From contig OX597828.1 in assembly GCA_951406725.2 (NCBI GenBank), forward strand, positions 77,810,001 to 77,874,000: a stretch of 64,000 bases of DNA. Direction: 5' to 3'. Origin of the DNA: Octopus vulgaris (lineage: Eukaryota). Position numbers and translations under genes: made by a program. The stretch's first letter is position 1. Each line of letters begins with the position of its first letter. Below the pieces are notes generated by a model that was not told where the DNA came from, searched no databases, and saw only the letters and a list, made by a program, of their open reading frames with translations. Positions 55,156 to 64,000 of the stretch are shown here, piece after piece.

Positions 55156-58100
55156 TTATTTCTTGAAGTTCTTTATGCGTTGTGCATTGAAATGTTTTCC
55201 CAGCCTCATTACAAGAGGAAGTGGTGATGCAGGGTTTGGTTTTGATTCTAGTTTGGCGTCATCTGTATAACAACGGTCTTTGAGATCAATATCTGTGTTC
55301 ATCTTAACACAGCTCTTGTAATTATCGAATGTATCATCAGAGTTATCTGAAGAATTAGGAGAAAAATTTAGATAATCCCAACAACATTTTACTGGATTAT
55401 TCTGATTAATTGATCTCGGAGTTATTGTTTTGGTGACATCAAATGGGGAGAAAGAATCATCGAAACCAGAAAGGTAACTCATCTCTTCAAACATTGAAGA
55501 ACCTCCCTGCTGAAATGACGTTTGCTTTGGACTACTATGAATATTTTCACAAGACAATGAACTTATATATCCTTCATGCGGAGACTTGACTTTAGTGTTC
55601 TCATTCTCTAAACCTGCAGACTCTTTTGAAGATTTAAAAATCAATTTATCATTTAATCCAGTTCTTAAATTTTCTTGAAGAACAGAAGCAGAAGAATTTG
55701 GTACTGCACCAGACATTTCATGTGAACCAACTGTTGTATTGTAAGAAAAACTGGCATCATTATTTGGAGATTTCAGAAGACTTGATGTCTTCTCTACAGA
55801 ACTGATGTAAGGAGACAAAATAAAACATGAATTCTTTTGCAAATTGGTCAGAGAGTTCTTTCTACAAGAATATTTAATTTCCATCTGGTTTTTATAACCA
55901 GAATTAGTTGTCGAGTTGAATATATGAGTCTTCATGTTTTCAGAAATTTTAGGAGAATCAGAATCCAACTTGAATTCAGAAGAATTGTCTAAAAGAGAAG
56001 AGATGAGTTCAAAATTCCCCACCCTGCTTTCACTGAAAGAATTCAGAGAGTCAGGTGTTAAGTTATAAACAGCATCCATAATTGAAGAATAATCTTCAAA
56101 CGATGAGTATGGAATTGCATCTTCTTCAGGATCCTTGTTAGAGACAGGGAATTCTTGCATGGCTAAAGCACCTCCTGGCGTCTTTGATCCATGAAACTCT
56201 ACTACTGTGTTCCCTGAAACTGTGATGTCTGACACACTTTCAGACAAATTCTCAAGATGCTGAGAAGCAGTTTCAGTTTTGGTTGGATTTAAACAATGAT
56301 TTGATATCAAGGAACTATTTTTGAGAACATGATCAGGACTTACAGAGTTTTTGTCATTCATAAACAGCATAGAACTGTCTTCGGGGGTCTGAGAATGGTT
56401 ACTTATGTCAGAAATAGTATTACTAACAGAAGTGGAATTACAAAAAAGAAGGGATGCATTGTCTTCTCCGTTTATAGAATAGTTTGAAATTGTGTTGCTA
56501 CAGTTTCTATGTTGAAGAGATTCATTGAAAGACGTCTTCAAACTGGGTGGCAAGGAACAGCATGGACCCTCCTGTACATCATGGAGGGAAAAGTCTCCAG
56601 CAGAATAGAATTTTGTGTCTTTGGTCGACAATCTGCTTCCATCTTTTATGGGTGGGTGTAGTGATTGATTTTCAGCTAAAAGTTGAATGGCATCTGTCTG
56701 GGATGGAACTTCAAGAGTATTAGTGCAAAGTTGGGTCGCATCAGTAACAATATCTGTACATAGCAGTGTGGCATCTGTACAGAATGACCCCTCAACAGGG
56801 TCAGTACACAGCTGTGTAGCATCTGTATTAAATGACCCCTTAACAGGGTCAGTACACAGCTGTGTAGCATCTGTATTAAATGACCCCTCAACAGGGTCAG
56901 TACACAGCTGTGTAGCATCTGTATTAAATGACCCCTCAACAGGGTCAGTACACAGCTGTGTAGCATCTGTATTAAATGACTTCTCGATAGTGTCTGTAGA
57001 CAGCTGTGTAGCATCTGTACTGAATGACCTCTCAACAATGTCCATACACAGTTGTGTAGCATCTGTACTAAATGATCTCTCGATAATATCTGTATACAGT
57101 CGTGTAGCATCTGTACAGAATGACCCCTCAACAGGGTCAGTACACAGCTGTGTAGCATCTGTACTAAATGATCTCTTGATAGTGTCTGTAGACAGCTGTG
57201 TAGCATCTGTACTGAATGACCTCTCAACAGTGTCTGTACACACTTGTGTAGCATCTGTAGACTTCTCAACAGTGTCTGTACACACTTGTGTAGCATCTGT
57301 ACTACATGACCTCTTCATAGCATCCGTATATAGCTGCTTGGCATCTGTACCAAATGACCTCTCGACAGTGTCCTTACACTGTTGAAGTGTAGCCATTGAT
57401 ACCATTCCAGAAAGATTTGATGACAAAGCTTCTACTTCATTTACATTCAACAGGAAGAACTGTTCAGTTATTTCAGCCATTTTGGATAACTGAGAATTGT
57501 CAAAGGGTTCAGCAGAATTATCTGGAAATTTTTGAGAAAACTCTATTGATTTATTCAGTTCTTCCATTCTTTCACAATGGTTTATTTTGATGCTGTCATC
57601 ACATGGAATCTGAGAGGAATCTAATGGGAGGCATTGGTTAGACTGAAAGTTATCTTCGTTTTGAGACTCACCAGAAATTTGGTAACGGTTAAGCAGTTTG
57701 TGAGAAACAGGAAGATATAGGCTATCATCAGAGTCTTCATCATTGGAAGAGTCTATCTCTGGACAGGAGGAATAAGAATTTCCTGTTAAATCAATTGACT
57801 CAATAGTACTGGCACCGTGACCGATGGTATTGGTCTGTTGATCAGAACACATTGATACACTTGCAGAGTTTCGGATTTGACTCCTGCTTTTGGAGTCTGT
57901 TTCAGAGTTAGTTTCTGATTTAATGGAATTGGTAAATGATGGTAATAATGATGTTCTAGACATTTCCTTCTTTGGTTTATGGTTTTGAATTTGTACACAA
58001 GAGTTCTTTATTCTTTCTTTAAGAGGTAAATATTCATCATCAGAAATGTCTGGCTCAGAAGACTCAGTACTGTTACACCTTAAATTGGTCAGCCCAGCAC

Positions 58101-58376
58101 CAGAAGAAGGTTCCTCATTCTGAGAAACAGAAGATAAACAATTTCTTATAGATTCTTCATTAAAAGCCATAAGAACTGGTTCACATGCAAATCTTGCTGT
58201 GTGTTTCTCTCTTTTGGCAGGGAATTCCTCACTGGTCCCTTTCACAGTCTTCTGTGTAGCAGCTGCTTCGTTTGGTTTCAGAGTAAGTCCTTCCATACTC
58301 AGCAACAAAACTTGTTGGGACTCGGCTGAGTTTGCCTCTGGTTGGCTCTTTTTTGTCTTGCTGCTAATTCTGGAGG
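55156..58376 (-). CDS. GEN1: Large terminal exon of a GEN1-like Holliday-junction resolvase (disordered C-terminal tail)
   Basis: 3.2-kb uninterrupted Ser/Asn-rich ORF. Acceptor TTTCTCCTTTCAG at 58377-58378 is phase 1 and matches the upstream exon. Terminal SPLPLVMRL resembles the recalled GEN1 SPLPL..RL end motif. Confidence 0.75.
56684..57397 (-). repeat. Coding tandem repeat, 48 nt / 16 aa, about 15 units (TDATQLCTDPVEGSFN)
   Basis: Unit ATCTGTATTAAATGACCCCTCAACAGGGTCAGTACACAGCTGTGTAGC on +; length variants are in frame. Confidence 0.95.
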
Positions 58377-59188
58377 CTGAAAGGAGAAATTGATAAACAC
58401 CAGCTACATACACTTCATGAAATATATCTATATATATATATATATATATATTATTATTATTATTATTATTATTATCATTATTATTATTAGGGAATATTAC
58501 TTCCGAGTACACAGAAAAAAGACATTCAAATTAGACGTACTAAAATGAACATCTCTCAATGTTTAATTCGTATATATAAAAGTAATTTTAAAGACAGAAC
58601 CACCTTCAACTCAACACTCAAAGATTTTATACCCGACTATTCCATAAAATGTTAAAAATTAAATCTTATACTAACTATATCTATTCTGAATCCTGTATTT
58701 TCCGTTTAAAAGACTACTCGTGTTTCATGAAAATACGTCGGTATTGATTAGATACGAGGTATCTAGTTTCAATACTTAATTGGGTTGACATACTCCCAAT
58801 CTTCAGGTCTGGATTCCTCAACATTTTCCACTACCCCTAACTCTTATATACCTCCATGATACTCTATATCATCACTATAATCTTACTTAACATATACAAA
58901 TGAATAGAAATACAATTAATAAATAAAAATATATATATATACACACACACACATTTATATATTCATACTAGCATTATGTGCTAGTGCATGTATATATGCG
59001 TATATATACGTGTACATATTACATGTATATCTATATATATACATCTACACATTGGCGTTAGGAAGGGCATCCAGCCGTAGAAACACTGCCAGATCTGACT
59101 GGGCCTGACGAAGCCTTCCAGCTTCACAGACCCCAGTTGAACCGTCCAACCCATGCTAGCATGGAAAGCGGACGCTAAATGATGATGA

Positions 59189-59264
<76 letters not shown>

Positions 59265-59493
59265 TATTGGTCATGGCTGACACAAAAGAGAAGGAGATAG
59301 GAAATTCTCTCTGTTATATAGACTATGGTCAGTAATGTAGGTCAAACCCTAAACAAAGGACTGACCTTTCCTTGACCAGCACATGTCCTAGGGGGAGCAC
59401 AAGTCCTGGTGTGGAGAGGATTTCCTGCAACAAGCAGATGGATTTGGTTTCAAATCTCAAGCAGGGCCAATCTAGATCCCTACATATGTATGC

Positions 59494-59541
<48 letters not shown>

Positions 59542-60067
59542 TAGATTCAGATGAATATGGTACGTAAGTTGAGGCACCAGAATTTGTACGGTATTATCCT
59601 TACAATGAGGTCATTATAATCAAAATAAGCAACAAGGATATCCAGAGGTAATGCAGTACAATCGTTTCATGCAACTCCATTTAATTGAACAATGCAATCA
59701 TTTCATTACATCAATTTAAAATGTAGAGCAACCTTCAGCTGCACAAAGACATGGAATTTAATTAAATTAGAACAGATGAACACATTAGTATAATTTTACC
59801 TAAGATCTCCAATAAGTTAAGGAGATACACAAAGAACATGTTGTACCTACAACATCATAGCTATATATACTAGAGGGGGTGTACAAAGCTAGTATAAACA
59901 CAAGACTGGCTTAACCTACTCCCTCCTCTAAGATGACAGGAAAATAACTTAAGGGAAAAGGAGAGACATAAAAAGTAGTCTGAGTCAGACTATATATATA
60001 TATACACACACACACGCATACAAAATATACACACACACACACGCACATATATATATATATATACTCA

Positions 60068-61087
60068 CTAGCATTAAAGACCTGTCGTTGCCGGGTCATA
60101 GTGCTAGTGCATGTATATATGTGTGTGTATATGTGTACATATTACATGTACAACTATATAAATACATCTACACATAAAATACAAAATACAAAGTTATATC
60201 TTGATATCACTAGTGATAACAATACTCAAAATATATAACAGACTGGAATTGTTAGCCCAACTCTTGTAATTTCGATCAATTGTATCTTGTCCTCCCTCTT
60301 GTATAGAAGTGTGGCTACAATCCAGCCTACTTCTGGAGGGACATTTTTAATTTTTTTCCCGGACATCCTTCGTCCCAGATATAAAGGTAAAATAAAATAT
60401 TTCCACTTTGCAAGTTCGAGTCGAGTACTCCCTTGCACGCTCCGTTGACTCGAACCTTGCTTCTATTGTGACGAATTTACTGCCTCTGATTAGATATCTT
60501 TCATAGTCGCACCAAGACACTTTTCGAAGGTGCTTTCCTCCAAGTCTTCGAATCTTCTTTTTTCTCTACATTGTATACTTTATAGACAATAGTCTTTTCT
60601 TTAATTTAATTTTTTATTATCCATCTGGACTATTCCATTTCTGCATGCTAATTTTATTTTTAATTTATTCCCATTCATGTGAAACCACTTATTCAAATTC
60701 AAGTCATTGATGCAATTTTATACACATTGCTATTTTTATTTTTTGTTATGTTACGATTATATTATACTTTAGTTTGATTTTAATTATTACTTACGACATA
60801 TAATTCAATTGTTATTATTATTTTTATTGTTAAAGTGAAAGTATCTGACATAAAATAGAGAAATGTTTTTGTTTCACTTTTAACACGTAATACCGAAATA
60901 GTGGAGAAGATATGATATTGCTATGGGCTCGCTCTAGGCAAGAAGTTGAACTTTTTTTTGCCCATGAAACTACATGGACCCTAAGTAAGGCATGTGTAAA
61001 ATTTGAATGAAATTGGTTGTGTAGTTCTCAAGTTTTAGGGAAACACACAGACAGACAGGCACACATTCTCAGTTTTATATATAAAGA
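60068..61087 (-). mobile_element. Non-autonomous Helitron, about 1.0 kb
   Basis: The minus strand starts A|TC, then a CTGT microsatellite; it ends with hairpin GACCCGGCAACGACAGGTC, a short spacer and CTAG|T; no TSD. Confidence 0.8.
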
Positions 61088-61112
61088 TATATATATATAT
61101 ATAATATATACA

Positions 61113-61265
61113 ATGGGCTTCTTTCAGTTTCCATCTACCAAATCCGCTCACAAGGCTTTGGTCAGCCCGAGGCTATAGTAGAAAAAACTTGCCCAAGGTT
61201 CCACACAGTGGGACTGAACCCGGAACCATGTGGTTGGTTAACAAGCTACTTACCACACAGCCACA
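61113..61265 (-). mobile_element. Representative tRNA-derived SINE with CORE-like segment (copies near 28190, 50290, 52385, 62660)
   Basis: Minus strand GTGGCTGTGTGGTAAG...GGTTCAGTCCC...CCTTGGGCAAGT...AAAGCCTTGTGAG. Confidence 0.8.
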
Positions 61266-61551
61266 TATAAATGCCTGAGTTGACCTATCACTTTAATTAT
61301 TTAATTAATTTTACTGATCTTGTGTCAAAATTTGAAACCAAGATATTAATTATTTTACTGAATATTCTAATGAGTTCTGTCGTGCTGCATAGAACCCTAA
61401 CCTAGCTATTAAGCTATGACACATCACTACATGGCATAAGTCTGTTAAAACAATATAGAGTGATATAGTAAATCGCTAACCTAGCTACAAGCAACATTGC
61501 AACACATCACTAAATGACAGGAGTTCATTAAAGAAATAAACATCAACCAAC

Positions 61552-61671
61552 CAGGTTTTGTCTTTGTTTTCTTCTTTAATTCCTGTGAAAATTGCTCCAA
61601 GAGATCAGGAAAACACTGGCCAACCATTTCTCTGTCCTCAACAGTAACATAAGCTTCATTTTCAGAAGATC
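61552..61671 (-). CDS. GEN1: Penultimate exon of the GEN1-like gene (end of chromodomain-like region and basic stretch)
   Basis: TTTTCTCCAAG|GSSENEAYVTVEDREMVGQCFPDLLEQFSQELKKKTKTKP|GTTGGT; 120 nt, phases 1 and 1; resembles recalled GEN1 T.EE..LF...YPE.V..Y..K. Confidence 0.75.
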
Positions 61672-61706
61672 CTTGGAGAAAAAATAAACACTGTATAAAC
61701 ATATAC

Positions 61707-61763
<57 letters not shown>

Positions 61764-61788
61764 AGGTTTGGAGATGATGTACAGGTAT

Positions 61789-62083
61789 TATATATTAAAA
61801 GAAATGAGGTAATCAGAAGATCGGATGGTTCATATTTATAGATATTTATTTATATATTACATTTTTTATATATATATATCATATCAGTTAGATTATTAGC
61901 GCTTTCTCCCATTCCAGTGGGGTTTTCAAATCAATTTGATTTGAAAACCCCACTGGAATGGGAGAAAGCGCTAATAATCTAACTGATATGATATATATAT
62001 ATATAAAAAATGTAATATATAAATAAATATCTATAAATATGAACCATCCGATCTTCTGATTACCTCATTTCTTTTAATATATA
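61789..62083. repeat. Near-perfect ~290-bp palindrome with hammerhead-like motifs at its centre
   Basis: Centre TTTTCAAATCAA-T-TTGATTTGAAAA at 61935; the arms match apart from TA-run length. Confidence 0.9.
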
Positions 62084-62102
62084 TATGTATATAAAACATA
62101 TA

Positions 62103-62345
62103 CAGGGTTGGCCAAAAGTCACCCAACAGTAAATCAAAAATTCCATAAATACTTAATATTCAATTTTATTTATTCATTCCAATTATGAATGTTTAATAAT
62201 TGAATGTTGTGAGTTAAAAATCACCATTTCTTTCCCCCCCCCACCATTTATTTATTACTGAAGTCACATGTAAACTAATTTTTTTGTTTTAATCTTGGAA
62301 TTAAATGGTTTCGATTTACTGTCAGGTGACTTTTGCCCAACCCTG
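62103..62345. mobile_element. Tc1/mariner-type MITE
   Basis: TA|CAGGGTTGGCCAAAAGTCACC..ACAGTAAATC ... GATTTACTGT..GGTGACTTTTGCCCAACCCTG|TA. Confidence 0.85.
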
Positions 62346-63269
62346 TATATATATTATATATACATACATGCAAGCATGTATGGGGAAAACAGTCTTCAGT
62401 TTTCACACTATTCATTTTGTACGGTTTCACTTTAGCATGCTTTGTTATACTCCTTTACTCTTTTATTTGTTTCAGTCATTCAACTGTGGCCATGCTGGAG
62501 CACTGCACTTTAAGTCAAAATAATCAAACCCAGGACTTATTCTTTGTAAGCCAGGTACTTAATCTTTTGGTCCCTTTTGCTGGACTGCAAAATTATGGGG
62601 ACGTAAACATACCAACATCAGTTGTCAACAGACACACAAACATACACACACACACATGACAGGCTTCTTTCAGTTTCCGCCTACCATATCCATTCACAAA
62701 GCTTTGGTCAGCCCGAGGCTGCAGTAGAAGATACTTGTCCAAGATGCTATGCAGTGGGACTGAACCTGGAACCATGCGCTTGGTAAGCAAGCTACTTACC
62801 ACACAGTCACTCCAACTATATAGGGCAAATTCTTTTTATAATCTACCTATAATATATAACTTATAATTTACCCCAATAGAATCACCCATTCTATTTTGAC
62901 ATTTGGTTTTACTTTCATTTCCTTTCTTTGATAATAGTGGAGGAAAGCACATTTCTGAATTGCAATTTTAAATATATATGTATGTATATATATATATATA
63001 TATAAAATTTTCTTTGTAGAACCTAAATATTTCAGTTGTCAGTATTTTACATCCGAAAATGAAATCCTGCTTTTAGTGATTTATAAGGCTTGGATGGGAT
63101 ACCTGTTTATATTAAAAATTTGAATAAAAGATAATATAAAAATAAGAATAATAAGATATAAAGTGTAAATGAATTAAGATATAATAACATGAAAACCATG
63201 TATGCGTGTGTAGATACATGTATTCAAGGGAGAATAAAGAGAGTTCAGTAATACACGATATCATGTAAG

Positions 63270-63545
63270 CAGTGGCAGACTGGGTCTAAAAATATTAGTT
63301 GCCAGGAGAGTAAGGGGGCCCACCCGCAACTCCAATGCTATCATTTAATTTTATTCTTTTTGTTTAAAGTATTCTTTTCAACTGTCTACAAACACAGCCA
63401 GGCTGGAATAATGCATCCTTTGAGGAGTGAATAAAAAATTCTCAAATTTGAGGAGATACTAACATGGGCCACCATAAATGGATTCTAATGGTGCAGGGGC
63501 CCACATGCCATCAGGCAAGCTGGCAACCTGGCCAGTCTGCCACTG
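63270..63545. mobile_element. hAT-type MITE
   Basis: Perfect 14-bp TIR CAGTGGCAGACTGG; 8-bp TSD CATGTAAG / CATGTAGG. Confidence 0.85.
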
Positions 63546-63565
63546 CATGTAGGTAAAAGTCAGTT

Positions 63566-63654
63566 AAAACCTATGGCTGTTTCAGTAAATGTTAAGGGGC
63601 TGTAGGAACAGTCCTTATTCAATTCCATCGAATGATATTTCCTTCTTCAGGGTT
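63566..63654 (-). ncRNA. Hammerhead-like motif with extended helix II
   Basis: AACC-CTGAAGA-AGGAAAT...ATTTACT-GAAA-CAGCCA-TA-GGTT. Confidence 0.5.
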
Positions 63655-63784
63655 CACTGCTTGTGGTAAGGTTCAGCTAAAATTCTACATGATGAATTCC
63701 TATTGGTGGGTGGACATCAAATAATCAAATAATTAAAAATATAACTAGCAAAACTGATACAGCATCATCCAAAATATATGTATA

Positions 63785-63851
<67 letters not shown>

Positions 63852-64000
63852 GTTCCACTGAGGTAAGTTCAACTTAAAAAGTACTCCATCCAGTGACATA
63901 CATATGAGGCAATGACAAGTGACTGAGACCTTGGTGATGTGCTGTGCTTGAGAAGATTTGTCAATCCAAGTGAAAGCATAGCTGTGGCCGATGCTGGTGT

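Noticed and set aside
56676-57385. Overlapping alternative-frame and antisense ORFs (206 aa and 232 aa)
   Set aside because: They are confined to the 48-nt repeat, whose unit happens to lack stops in those frames.
58377-58512. N-terminus of the 1118-aa ORF as a real start
   Set aside because: It is intronic (AAT)n/(TA)n sequence upstream of a clear splice acceptor.

Overview
Eukaryotic, AT-rich, repeat-dense genomic DNA. The SINE/LINE families and microsatellite load suggest an octopus (coleoid cephalopod), but this is inference. Three spliced host genes are supported: (1) the 5' end of a minus-strand bromodomain gene resembling KIAA2026/BRD10 (coding exon 20586-21321; later exons not found, so probably left of the window); (2) a complete 4-exon plus-strand p24-gamma cargo receptor (TMED1/TMED5-like, 239 aa, 25437-42039) transcribed divergently from it; (3) the last two exons of a minus-strand GEN1-like Holliday-junction resolvase, whose 3.2-kb terminal exon carries a 48-nt/16-aa repeat rich in TQ motifs. 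The rest is transposon-derived: a disabled RTE LINE followed by a 2.75-kb (TA)n tract, RLE-type non-LTR fossils, mariner and DD41D transposase fossils, MITEs, a Helitron and many SINEs. The main unexplained signal is a set of small elements, several in inverted-repeat form, carrying hammerhead-ribozyme-like cores (some with variant catalytic boxes), including a two-copy family that joins a tRNA-derived Pol III head to a hammerhead tail. All family and gene assignments are by eye and from recalled motifs; no searches were run.
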